NCBI GenBank assembly: GCA_964016885.1
Contig: OZ024762.1
Location: 9,362,001 to 9,426,000, forward strand
Direction: 5' to 3'
Source of the DNA: Eledone cirrhosa
Taxonomy: Eukaryota
Length of the DNA stretch: 64,000 nucleotides
Shown piece after piece: positions 25,554 to 38,698 of the stretch (positions are counted from its first letter, which is position 1; every line of letters begins with the position of its first letter). The notes under the pieces are model-generated. The model was not told where the DNA came from and ran no database searches. It saw nothing but the letters and a program-made list of their open reading frames with translations. The position numbers were made by a program, and so were the translations under genes.

Positions 25554-27219
25554 TACTGAGTAAATTAGTCATACTTATAGTTAGAATTTTATTTATTAAA
25601 AAAATATATATAGAAACGGAATGAGGGCGTGGGGAAATATCTCTTTCTGAATATATTTCGTATGGTGAGAGTTGAGATATCTACCGAATGATTATCAATA
25701 TTATACTTCGTCTCCGAAATATTTTCAGAAAGAAATTACTTTTTCACGACCGTGTTATCTCACTTCCATCCCGTTTCTATATGTAACAAGTTTAAACAAC
25801 TAGTATTTAATACATATATATATACAGAACAATAAGTATATTTACTTCAAGATAGTAATGTTTATGTTAATACAGAAAATAAAAAATGCAAACCATCGAT
25901 CTTAGTAATTAGTATCAATCCCTAATTATCTATTTTGGTAATAAGCATCTTAAGACCATGATTTCCTTCACGATATGTGATTAGACCAAAATTTAGTATA
26001 ATATATAAAGACTGTTCTCAGCTTATGACCAGTTTGCTTGGTGTTAAGTGTCTGAGAGTACAAGACTCTCCCTGGATAGTACGCTGGTCTACCACAGGGC
26101 TAACTCCTCGGCTGTGAGTACTGGAGCAATGTGATGAATGCAGAACTTCCAAACTGTGAGAGTTACATGCATGCATGGACCTGCAACTCCTAAGGGAGTC
26201 ATACAGGCCACACATTGACATACAGTATTTCTAGGGCACTTTTTAAAACCTGGCAGACCCATCTCCTCTCCAGGTCTGAATACAGCAGATTTCTTCCAGA
26301 GAAACAGAAGAATCAACCTCAATACTAGACTGGTACTTTGTTTTATCAACCTCAAATGGGTGAAAGACAAAGTTGACCTCAGCAGGATTTTAATTCAGAG
26401 AACTGAAGGCATTCTGTTACATTCATATATATACATACATACTTTGTCTAATAAACAAAACATCTTCTCTCTCTACACACATAACATATAAAGCTACATT
26501 TATATATACCTCTTCTAAGAAATTAAACCTACTCTAGACTTACACATAGATACAGTTATATATAAATACTTACCTTGTCAAATAAACACAACTAAATCTT
26601 CTCTAGACAGACACACAAAGCTACATTTATATAAACATTCTTCTCTACAAACGAGAATCAGCTGAAAAGCTCATAGGCTGACTTTGAAGGAGTGATGCTA
26701 GAACTGCGAGATATTGTGGTTAGGTTCATTATCATAGGACTTGGTGGAGCAACCAAAATTCACTGCCAACTCATGTACAACTTTATGATGTTCGTGATTC
26801 ATCGGTGAAAAGGAATGACTCTGATAGTTCTGTTTCATGTGAGGAAGACTAAAAGGAAACCTTCAGAGTGTGCATTGAACAATATGGGATATTTCTAGAA
26901 TGTAACTAATGCTAACTTGAATCATCCTTGGACATCATCATACATAGTATATATATATATAGTGTGCTTAGTACAGTGTAGTAGCTAACTAGGTATTTGG
27001 TTTTATGAAATGAAAGGGACAAAAAAAACAAACTATATATATACACTGATACTTCAATGTGTTATAAGCAATCCAATACCACTGTTGGATACATAGAGTG
27101 CTTAATCCTGCTTACACCAAAGTTTATGGATTAAGGTGGTGCAAACACAACACTTAAATAAAGGAAACAATATATGGCCATAGTACAGAAAATTCTTATA
27201 ATATATATATATATATATA

Positions 27220-27650
27220 CATCTCGGGCTGGATTCTGTTGAGGGTCTTTGCCACAAGTGACATCAATGAGATTCCCCTGTAGTTGTTCATGTTAGAAAG
27301 ATCTCCCTTCTTTGGTACTGAGATGATGTTAGTGATCAAGGGCAACTTTCTCCAGTGCCTGGTTACAGAACTCCAGGATGATATCATCAAAATCACACCT
27401 CTTCATCACTTTTGATGCCTCTCCATGGGTCTTGATCTTCTTGGTTCGCTGAAGCCCCTCTCTGGCGAAGGTCCTGTCTCAATATCCAGTTCCTCAAACA
27501 GCTGTCTGATCTCCCTGGTATTCTGGGCTGTCGAAGGTGGCTCTCCTAGTAGGGTCTTAAAATGGTCCAGCCTCTTCTTATCCCCAGATCTAACTCAAAC
27601 TCCTTCTCTTCCTTCCTGTAATCTCGTTGATCATCATCCAACTCTCTTTA
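27220..27650 (-). mobile_element. RTE-X-like LINE internal fragment (mirror ~36444-36874 plus)
   Basis: NIISVPKKGDLSNMNNYRGISLMSLVAKTLNRIQPE; nucleotide match to 8520-8785. Confidence 0.85.
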
Positions 27651-28253
27651 CACTTACATATATATATATACACTGACCTCCTACAAGGTTACATCTCAAA
27701 GGAGGTTTACACCAGTTCTTTTATCCCGAAACTTTTTCAGGAACTGTGGACAAGGAGTTTCTTATGGTTGTAGGTTTTTTGAAAGGGGAAAAAAAACAGA
27801 AGGTGATTGTCGTGTGAAGGAGGAAGATTGGTAGAGCAATGGACTCCACAGACACTGGTAAGGGTAACTTAGAACAGGATGGAAAGGTATCCATGGTGAG
27901 TGAAAAACCTAACCATTGTTTCGGCTACAGCAGCAGAGGAATTAAGTTATGGTGGGTTTGAAGAAAACAGAGTTGGATGTCTTCAATGTAGTGACTATAT
28001 AGACCAGAGGCTTTCAACATAACTGATGAGTGTTTCAGTGGAGACCAGCAACCTCTGAGGAGCAGGGACTACAGTAGTAGAGATAGAATATGCAGAGGGA
28101 ATGGCATATTTAGGGGCTGGGGAGAAGCAGAGACCACTGTAGTAGAGGTAGAGAGGGAACAGCATATTTATGGGCTGGGGAGGAGCAGAGACCATTGTAG
28201 TAGATGTATAATGTGCAGAAGGAGGAGAGACAATAATTGTGGACTAGAGCCTG

Positions 28254-28444
28254 TTGAATTGTTGATAAAGCTGGAGTGTCATCCCTTAATGTAGCAACCT
28301 TGTCAACATGAATGTCCTTGGGGGATAAACCCCTTTTCTACAGGTACTTGATAATACCACGATGCCAAATGTTGTCCATTTTCAAGAGGTCATTACTAAT
28401 TACATTTGAAGTCCTCTTTCAACAGTCAGATGTCAGTTTACTTG
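28254..28444 (-). mobile_element. Mariner transposase N-terminal remnant (mirror of 35650-35840)
   Basis: See the plus-strand copy. Confidence 0.75.
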
Positions 28445-29524
28445 GAAAGAAACAATGCAGTTATTAATAAGAAGAGTTGAAATTAATTCATGCAAGATTT
28501 CCCAGCTCTAGCATCAGTCCTTCATAGTCAGCCAACCTTCGTACTTCTGCTGGGTCAAGGCTGACGTCTTAAACAAGCCCCAACAAATAAGAAAGATTTA
28601 GAAGAGAATATACTAATTACTAGATATTCACACAAAAGTGACATTAGAATTATTGCTGGAAATAGCAGCCAAATATTTATCGCTCGACACGTTTTAAAAT
28701 AATGAAGGACACATTAGAAGATGTAGATTTAGATAGTCATATATACACATATTGGTCAACGCTGGAATCTCATTGATTCTATATACATAAGTTGGTTCTC
28801 AAAGGACCTATTCAGGTTATGGGAACTGTTTGTCCCCCGTGTAAAAATTTGGCGTATATATATACTTATATATGTCTGTATGCATTTTGTTGGGGTTTAA
28901 ATGGTGAAAATTCCATAAGGTAGCTGTTGTTTACTTTCATTGACAAGTCAGACCTGAGCGATCAAGACATATATTTACATATACATAATCAAAATAAAAA
29001 ACATTGTTAATATCTTCCTACAGAGATAAAATATAAAATATTGTATTTACATGTGTCACAGCTAATTCACCTCCGTAATTCTTAGGAAACCTGGCTTCTA
29101 TTTCTAGCAAGTGGAGCGTAGACGTGTTGCTGTTGTTTACTTTCATTCACAGGTCTTGAATGAGCAAGACAAGATGACCCGACATGTGTGTAATCGATGG
29201 TATACCTGCCGTGACCATCCTGTGTTTATATGATTATCAAGGTACTCACATCTACATCGTTGAATGTACCTTTCATTGTTTTAAAAGGGGTTGTAGAAGA
29301 CAGAACATCTGAAGGTGAGAGGCCGGAGATCGTCAGTGAGTGGCTTTAAATTAATTAGCCATGATTCTATGAAATAAAGAAGCGAAATCACTTTGGAGAA
29401 CAATAGTAATTATTATGAGGCCGGTGTAGCGATTACATATTACCCTTTGTTTACATTAACCACTCCCGACACCATGGTAATTGGATATTCAGATTACAGG
29501 GAGGTGTGGGATGGAATTAATTCT

Positions 29525-29822
29525 TTTATTTATTTACTTATATCAAACAACAAACACGGTGGCAAGGAGTAAATTAAAAAAACTCGCCTTTCTTTTAAAA
29601 TAAAATTCAAGCCTCAGCTCTCCCGTGATGCAACAGTGCGGGTAAATAAGTTGACGCTTTAGCGACATCAGTTCCTTAAATTTCACCAGACCGAAATCTC
29701 AAGAACGATAACTCTGTCTTTACTTAATCGCAAAAATGGGTGCAAAAATTATTTCGAAACAACACTTGCTATGGACGATAACGACAATATTAAAAGTATT
29801 TTGTGGATTTTTAATAGGTGAA
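29525..29822 (-). repeat. Copy of the palindrome-centre element (mirror ~34272-34570 plus)
   Basis: Matches 31960-32193 (ttcgaaataatttttgcaccc...gagttatcgttcttgagatttcgg...aggaactgatgtcgctaaa...gtaaataa). Confidence 0.8.
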
Positions 29823-29934
29823 CACATCATTATATGTATATATATATATACATGTATATATAGATAGATATATACATTTATATATATATACATGTATATA
29901 TATATATACATGTATATATAACTATATATATGTA

Positions 29935-31890
29935 TAGCATGACTCCTTCATAGGCTGACCAAGATACTCTCATGGAATGACCAAATGAGGTTTATTTTTC
30001 AACATGCAAGATTGCACAGCTCTAGCATCACTCCTTCATAGGCTGACCAAGATACTCTCATGGAATGACCAAATGAGGTTTATTTTTTAACATGCAAGAT
30101 TGCACAGCTCTAGCATCACTCCTTCATAGGCTGACCAAGATACTCTCATGGAATGACCAAATGAGGTATATTTTTCAACATGCAAGATTTCACAGCTCTA
30201 GCATCACTCCTTCATAGGCTGACCAAGATACTCTCATGGAATGACCAAATGAGGTTTATTTTTCAACATGCAAGATTTCACAGCTCTAGCATCACTCCTT
30301 CATAGGCTGACCAAGATACTCTCATGGAATGACCAAATGAGGTTTATTTTTCAACATGGAAGATTTCACAGCTCTAGCATCACTCCTTCATAGGCTGACC
30401 AAGATACTCTCATGGAATGACCAAATGAGGTTTATTTTTCAACATGCAAAATTTCACAGCTCTAGCATCACCCCTTCATAGGCTGACCAAGATACTCTCA
30501 TGGAATGACCAAATGAGGTTTATTTTTTAACATGCAAGATTGTACAGCTCTAGCATCACTCCTTCATAGGCTGACCAAGATACTCTCATGGAATGACCAA
30601 ATGAGGTATATTTTTCAACATGCAAGATTTCACAGCTCTAGCATCACTCCTTTATAGGCTGACCAAGATACTCTCATGGAATGACCAAATGAGGTTTATT
30701 TTTCAACATGCAAGATTTCACAGCTCTAGCATCACTCCTTCATAGGCTGACCAAGATACTCTCATGGAATGACCAAATGAGGTTTATTTTTCAACATGCA
30801 AGATTTCACAGCTCTAGCATCACTCCTTCATAGGCTGACCAAGATACTCTCATGGAATGACCAAATGAGGTTTATTTTTCAACATGCAAGATTTCACAGC
30901 TCTAGCATCACTCCTTCATAGGCTGACCAAGATACTCTCATGGAATGACCAAATGAGGTTTATTTTTCAACATGCAAGATTTCACAGCTCTAGCATCACT
31001 CCTTCATAGGCTGACCAAGATACTCTCATGGAATGACCAAATGAGGTTTATTTTTCAACATGCAAGATTTCACAGCTCTAGCATCACTCCTTCATAGGCT
31101 GACCAAGATACTCTCATGGAATGACCAAATGAGGTTTATTTTTTAACATGCAAGATTGTACAGCTCTAGCATCACTCCTTCATAGGCTGACCAAGATACT
31201 CTCATGGAATGACCAAATGAGGTATATTTTTCAACATGCAAGATTTCACAGCTCTAGCATCACTCCTTTATAGGCTGACCAAGATACTCTCATGGAATGA
31301 CCAAATGAGGTTTATTTTTCAACATGCAAGATTTCACAGCTCTAGCATCACTCCTTCATAGGCTGACCAAGATACTCTCATGGAATGACCAAATGAGGTT
31401 TATTTTTCAACATGCAAGATTTCACAGCTCTAGCATCACTCCTTCATAGGCTGACCAAGATACTCTCATGGAATGACCAAATGAGGTTTATTTTTCAACA
31501 TGCAAGATTTCACAGCTCTAGCATCACTCCTTCATAGGCTGACCAAGATACTCTCATGGAATGACCAAATGAGGTTTATTTTTCAACATGCAAGATTTCA
31601 CAGCTCTAGCATCACTCCTTCATAGGCTGACCAAGATACTCTCATGGAATGACCAAATGAGGTTTATTTTTCAACATGCAAGATTTCACAGCTCTAGCAT
31701 CACTCCTCCATAGGCTGACCAAGATACTCTCATGGAATGACCAAATGAGGTTTATTTTTCAACATGCAAGATTGCACAGCTCTAGCATCACTCCTTCATA
31801 GGCTGACCACGATACTCTCATGGAATGACCAAATGAGGTTTATTTTTCAACATGCAAGATTGCACAGCCCTAGCATCACTCTTTCATAGT
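29935..31890. repeat. 88-bp satellite array, ~22 monomers, with a 7-monomer (616 bp) higher-order duplication
   Basis: Monomer catgcaagatttcacagctctagcatcactccttcataggctgaccaagatactctcatggaatgaccaaatgaggtttatttttcaa; variant ttgtacag at 30541 and 31157. Confidence 0.95.
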
Positions 31891-32061
31891 GAGCCTATGA
31901 ACTTTTAAGCCTACCTTATATGCAAACAATGTAAGTATATACAAATAATTACTAAGAAATTCGAAATAATTTTTGCACCCATTTTTGCGATTAAGTAAAG
32001 ACGGAGTTATCGTTCTTGAGATTTCGGCTCGGAGAAATTTAAGGAACTGATGTCGCTAAAT

Positions 32062-32296
32062 CGCCAAATCATTTACATGCCCCGTTGCATCATGGGAGGG
32101 TAATGGCTGCCTTTAATTTTTTAAACGATGGCAGATTCTTTAGTTTCTTTCACAGCATCTTGTTCCTTGTTTCATATGAGTAAATAATTAAAACATTTTG
32201 GCGAGAAAGATATTAAAAAGACTGCCATGGTTTTCGAAAAATAAAAGGCAGCCATTATACTCCCATGATGCAACGGGGCAGGTAAATGATTTGGCA
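32062..32296. repeat. Palindrome centre: diverged imperfect inverted repeat plus ~35-40 bp loop
   Basis: 32062-~32160 and ~32198-32296 are reverse complements with many mismatches and indels, unlike the near-perfect arms. Confidence 0.85.
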
Positions 32297-32467
32297 ATTT
32301 AGCGACATCAGTTCCTTAAATTTCTCCGAGCCGAAATCTCAAGAACGATAACTCCGTCTTTACTTAATCGCAAAAATGGGTGCAAAAATTATTTCGAATT
32401 TCTTAGTAATTATTTGTATATACTTACATTGTTTGCATATGAGGTAGGCTTAAAAGTTCATAGGCTC

Positions 32468-34159
32468 ACTATGAAAGAGTGATGCTAGGGCTGTGCAATC
32501 TTGCATGTTGAAAAATAAACCTCATTTGGTCATTCCATGAGAGTATCTTGGTCAGCCTATGAAGGAGTGATGCTAGAGCTGTGAAATCTTGCATGTTGAA
32601 AAATAAACCTCATTTGGTCATTCCATGAGAGTATCTTGGTCAGCCTATGAAGGAGTGATGCTAGAGCTATGAAATCTTGCATGTTGAAAAATAAACCTCA
32701 TTTGGTCATTCCATGAGAGTATCTTGGTCAGCCTATGAAGGAGTGATGCTAGAGCTGTGAAATCTTCCATGTTGAAAAATAAACCTCATTTGGTCATTCC
32801 ATGAGAGTATCTTGGTCAGCCTATAAAGGAGTGATGCTAGAGCTGTGAAATCTTGCATGTTGAAAAATATACCTCATTTGGTCATTCCATGAGAGTATCT
32901 TGGTCAGCCTATGAAGGAGTGATGCTAGAGCTGTACAATCTTGCATGTTAAAAAATAAACCTCATTTGGTCATTCCATGAGAGTATCTTGGTCAGCCTAT
33001 GAAGGAGTGATGCTAGAGCTGTGAAATCTTGCATGTTGAAAAATAAACCTCATTTGGTCATTCCATGAGAGTATCTTGGTCAGCCTATGAAGGAGTGATG
33101 CTAGAGCTGTGAAATCTTGCATGTTGAAAAATAAACCTCATTTGGTCATTCCATGAGAGTATCTTGGTCAGCCTATGAAGGAGTGATGCTAGAGCTGTGA
33201 AATCTTGCATGTTGAAAAATAAACCTCATTTGGTCATTCCATGAGAGTATCTTGGTCAGCCTATGAAGGAGTGATGCTAGAGCTGTGAAATCTTGCATGT
33301 TGAAAAATAAACCTCATTTGGTCATTCCATGAGAGTATCTTGGTCAGCCTATGAAGGAGTGATGCTAGAGCTGTGAAATCTTGCATGTTGAAAAATAAAC
33401 CTCATTTGGTCATTCCATGAGAGTATCTTGGTCAGCCTATAAAGGAGTGATGCTAGAGCTGTGAAATCTTGCATGTTGAAAAATATACCTCATTTGGTCA
33501 TTCCATGAGAGTATCTTGGTCAGCCTATGAAGGAGTGATGCTAGAGCTGTACAATCTTGCATGTTAAAAAATAAACCTCATTTGGTCATTCCATGAGAGT
33601 ATCTTGGTCAGCCTATGAAGGAGTGATGCTAGAGCTGTGAAATTTTGCATGTTGAAAAATAAACCTCATTTGGTCATTCCATGAGAGTATCTTGGTCAGC
33701 CTATGAAGGAGTGATGCTAGAGCTGTGAAATCTTCCATGTTGAAAAATAAACCTCATTTGGTCATTCCATGAGAGTATCTTGGTCAGCCTATGAAGGAGT
33801 GATGCTAGAGCTGTGAAATCTTGCATGTTGAAAAATAAACCTCATTTGGTCATTCCATGAGAGTATCTTGGTCAGCCTATGAAGGAGTGATGCTAGAGCT
33901 GTGAAATCTTGCATGTTGAAAAATATACCTCATTTGGTCATTCCATGAGAGTATCTTGGTCAGCCTATGAAGGAGTGATGCTAGAGCTGTGCAATCTTGC
34001 ATGTTAAAAAATAAACCTCATTTGGTCATTCCATGAGAGTATCTTGGTCAGCCTATGAAGGAGTGATGCTAGAGCTGTGCAATCTTGCATGTTGAAAAAT
34101 AAACCTCATTTGGTCATTCCATGAGAGTATCTTGGTCAGCCTATGAAGGAGTCATGCTA
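32468..34159. repeat. 88-bp satellite array, ~19 monomers (inverted copy)
   Basis: 264 bp (3 monomers) shorter than the left array, from the shift in coordinate sums. Confidence 0.95.
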
Positions 34160-35649
34160 TACATATATATAGTTATATATACATGTATATATATATATAC
34201 ATGTATATATATATAAATGTATATATCTATCTATATATACATGTATATATATATATACATATAATGATGTGTTCACCTATTAAAAATCCACAAAATACTT
34301 TTAATATTGTCGTTATCGTCCATAGCAAGTGTTGTTTCGAAATAATTTTTGCACCCATTTTTGCGATTAAGTAAAGACAGAGTTATCGTTCTTGAGATTT
34401 CGGTCTGGTGAAATTTAAGGAACTGATGTCGCTAAAGCGTCAACTTATTTACCCGCACTGTTGCATCACGGGAGAGCTGAGGCTTGAATTTTATTTTAAA
34501 AGAAAGGCGAGTTTTTTTAATTTACTCCTTGCCACCGTGTTTGTTGTTTGATATAAGTAAATAAATAAAAGAATTAATTCCATCCCACACCTCCCTGTAA
34601 TCTGAATATCCAATTACCATGGTGTCGGGAGTGGTTAATGTAAACAAAGGGTAATATGTAATCGCTACACCGGCCTCATAATAATTACTATTGTTCTCCA
34701 AAGTGATTTCGCTTCTTTATTTCATAGAATCATGGCTAATTAATTTAAAGCCACTCACTGACGATCTCCGGCCTCTCACCTTCAGATGTTCTGTCTTCTA
34801 CAACCCCTTTTAAAACAATGAAAGGTACATTCAACGATGTAGATGTGAGTACCTTGATAATCATATAAACACAGGATGGTCACGGCAGGTATACCATCGA
34901 TTACACACATGTCGGGTCATCTTGTCTTGCTCATTCAAGACCTGTGAATGAAAGTAAACAACAGCAACACGTCTACGCTCCACTTGCTAGAAATAGAAGC
35001 CAGGTTTCCTAAGAATTACGGAGGTGAATTAGCTGTGACACATGTAAATACAATATTTTATATTTTATCTCTGTAGGAAGATATTAACAATGTTTTTTAT
35101 TTTGATTATGTATATGTAAATATATGTCTTGATCGCTCAGGTCTGACTTGTCAATGAAAGTAAACAACAGCTACCTTATGGAATTTTCACCATTTAAACC
35201 CCAACAAAATGCATACAGACATATATAAGTATATATATACGCCAAATTTTTACACGGGGGACAAACAGTTCCCATAACCTGAATAGGTCCTTTGAGAACC
35301 AACTTATGTATATAGAATCAATGAGATTCCAGCGTTGACCAATATGTGTATATATGACTATCTAAATCTACATCTTCTAATGTGTCCTTCATTATTTTAA
35401 AACGTGTCGAGCGATAAATATTTGGCTGCTATTTCCAGCAATAATTCTAATGTCACTTTTGTGTGAATATCTAGTAATTAGTATATTCTCTTCTAAATCT
35501 TTCTTATTTGTTGGGGCTTGTTTAAGACGTCAGCCTTGACCCAGCAGAAGTACGAAGGTTGGCTGACTATGAAGGACTGATGCTAGAGCTGGGAAATCTT
35601 GCATGAATTAATTTCAACTCTTCTTATTAATAACTGCATTGTTTCTTTC

Positions 35650-35840
35650 CAAGTAAACTGACATCTGACTGTTGAAAGAGGACTTCAAATGTAATTAGTA
35701 ATGACCTCTTGAAAATGGACAACATTTGGCATCGTGGTATTATCAAGTACCTGTAGAAAAGGGGTTTATCCCCCAAGGACATTCATGTTGACAAGGTTGC
35801 TACATTAAGGGATGACACTCCAGCTTTATCAACAATTCAA
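35650..35840 (+). mobile_element. Mariner transposase N-terminal remnant
   Basis: From ATG 35715: MDNIWHRGIIKYL*KRGLSPKDIHVDKVATLRDDTPALSTIQ, resembling the mariner HTH N-terminus, with an internal stop. Confidence 0.75.
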
Positions 35841-38540
35841 CAGGCTCTAGTCCACAATTATTGTCTCTCCTCCTTCTGCACATTATACATCTACTACAAT
35901 GGTCTCTGCTCCTCCCCAGCCCATAAATATGCTGTTCCCTCTCTACCTCTACTACAGTGGTCTCTGCTTCTCCCCAGCCCCTAAATATGCCATTCCCTCT
36001 GCATATTCTATCTCTACTACTGTAGTCCCTGCTCCTCAGAGGTTGCTGGTCTCCACTGAAACACTCATCAGTTATGTTGAAAGCCTCTGGTCTATATAGT
36101 CACTACATTGAAGACATCCAACTCTGTTTTCTTCAAACCCACCATAACTTAATTCCTCTGCTGCTGTAGCCGAAACAATGGTTAGGTTTTTCACTCACCA
36201 TGGATACCTTTCCATCCTGTTCTAAGTTACCCTTACCAGTGTCTGTGGAGTCCATTGCTCTACCAATCTTCCTCCTTCACACGACAATCACCTTCTGTTT
36301 TTTTTCCCCTTTCAAAAAACCTACAACCATAAGAAACTCCTTGTCCACAGTTCCTGAAAAAGTTTCGGGATAAAAGAACTGGTGTAAACCTCCTTTGAGA
36401 TGTAACCTTGTAGGAGGTCAGTGTATATATATATATGTAAGTGTAAAGAGAGTTGGATGATGATCAACGAGATTACAGGAAGGAAGAGAAGGAGTTTGAG
36501 TTAGATCTGGGGATAAGAAGAGGCTGGACCATTTTAAGACCCTACTAGGAGAGCCACCTTCGACAGCCCAGAATACCAGGGAGATCAGACAGCTGTTTGA
36601 GGAACTGGATATTGAGACAGGACCTTCGCCAGAGAGGGGCTTCAGCGAACCAAGAAGATCAAGACCCATGGAGAGGCATCAAAAGTGATGAAGAGGTGTG
36701 ATTTTGATGATATCATCCTGGAGTTCTGTAACCAGGCACTGGAGAAAGTTGCCCTTGATCACTAACATCATCTCAGTACCAAAGAAGGGAGATCTTTCTA
36801 ACATGAACAACTACAGGGGAATCTCATTGATGTCACTTGTGGCAAAGACCCTCAACAGAATCCAGCCCGAGATGTATATATATATATATATATTATAAGA
36901 ATTTTCTGTACTATGGCCATATATTGTTTCCTTTATTTAAGTGTTGTGTTTGCACCACCTTAATCCATAAACTTTGGTGTAAGCAGGATTAAGCACTCTA
37001 TGTATCCAACAGTGGTATTGGATTGCTTATAACACATTGAAGTATCAGTGTATATATATAGTTTGTTTTTTTTGTCCCTTTCATTTCATAAAACCAAATA
37101 CCTAGTTAGCTACTACACTGTACTAAGCACACTATATATATATATACTATGTATGATGATGTCCAAGGATGATTCAAGTTAGCATTAGTTACATTCTAGA
37201 AATATCCCATATTGTTCAATGCACACTCTGAAGGTTTCCTTTTAGTCTTCCTCACATGAAACAGAACTATCAGAGTCATTCCTTTTCACCGATGAATCAC
37301 GAACATCATAAAGTTGTACATGAGTTGGCAGTGAATTTTGGTTGCTCCACCAAGTCCTATGATAATGAACCTAACCACAATATCTCGCAGTTCTAGCATC
37401 ACTCCTTCAAAGTCAGCCTATGAGCTTTTCAGCTGATTCTCGTTTGTAGAGAAGAATGTTTATATAAATGTAGCTTTGTGTGTCTGTCTAGAGAAGATTT
37501 AGTTGTGTTTATTTGACAAGGTAAGTATTTATATATAACTGTATCTATGTGTAAGTCTAGAGTAGGTTTAATTTCTTAGAAGAGGTATATATAAATGTAG
37601 CTTTATATGTTATGTGTGTAGAGAGAGAAGATGTTTTGTTTATTAGACAAAGTATGTATGTATATATATGAATGTAACAGAATGCCTTCAGTTCTCTGAA
37701 TTAAAATCCTGCTGAGGTCAACTTTGTCTTTCACCCATTTGAGGTTGATAAAACAAAGTACCAGTCTAGTATTGAGGTTGATTCTTCTGTTTCTCTGGAA
37801 GAAATCTGCTGTATTCAGACCTGGAGAGGAGATGGGTCTGCCAGGTTTTAAAAAGTGCCCTAGAAATACTGTATGTCAATGTGTGGCCTGTATGACTCCC
37901 TTAGGAGTTGCAGGTCCATGCATGCATGTAACTCTCACAGTTTGGAAGTTCTGCATTCATCACATTGCTCCAGTACTCACAGCCGAGGAGTTAGCCCTGT
38001 GGTAGACCAGCGTACTATCCAGGGAGAGTCTTGTACTCTCAGACACTTAACACCAAGCAAACTGGTCATAAGCTGAGAACAGTCTTTATATATTATACTA
38101 AATTTTGGTCTAATCACATATCGTGAAGGAAATCATGGTCTTAAGATGCTTATTACCAAAATAGATAATTAGGGATTGATACTAATTACTAAGATCGATG
38201 GTTTGCATTTTTTATTTTCTGTATTAACATAAACATTACTATCTTGAAGTAAATATACTTATTGTTCTGTATATATATATGTATTAAATACTAGTTGTTT
38301 AAACTTGTTACATATAGAAACGGGATGGAAGTGAGATAACACGGTCGTGAAAAAGTAATTTCTTTCTGAAAATATTTCGGAGACGAAGTATAATATTGAT
38401 AATCATTCGGTAGATATCTCAACTCTCACCATACGAAATATATTCAGAAAGAGATATTTCCCCACGCCCTCATTCCGTTTCTATATATATTTTTTTAATA
38501 AATAAAATTCTAACTATAAGTATGACTAATTTACTCAGTA

Positions 38541-38698
38541 GAGTTGCGCTCTGTGCATGGCGCTGCACGTAACGTTTCGGGCTTCGCTCTTGTACTTCGG
38601 TATGGCATGACCATTCTATGTGTCTGAAGATCGAATCGTTGCGGCGGCAGCAGCCCGGCTTTATGCTGGCCTGCGTCCCCGCCTCGCATTGATTTTTT
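38541..38698 (+). ncRNA. Candidate Pol III ncRNA, diverged copy C'
   Basis: TATAAGTA at 38515; T6 at 38693-38698; hairpins retained. Confidence 0.5.

Larger units (their letters stand above)
10375..32061. repeat. Left arm of ~43 kb palindrome
   Basis: Reverse complement of 32297-53561. The ORF track mirrors exactly (coordinate sums 63936, 64094 and 64358 across the tandem arrays). Confidence 0.97.

Noticed and set aside
29935-31890. CRISPR-like regular repeat
   Set aside because: No unique spacers, no cas genes, eukaryotic context; a plain tandem satellite. The same applies to 4372-7440.
35880-36400. Ser/Pro/Thr-rich short-repeat ORF (mirror 27700-28210)
   Set aside because: Interrupted by stops and lies between transposon fragments; likely decayed retroelement sequence.
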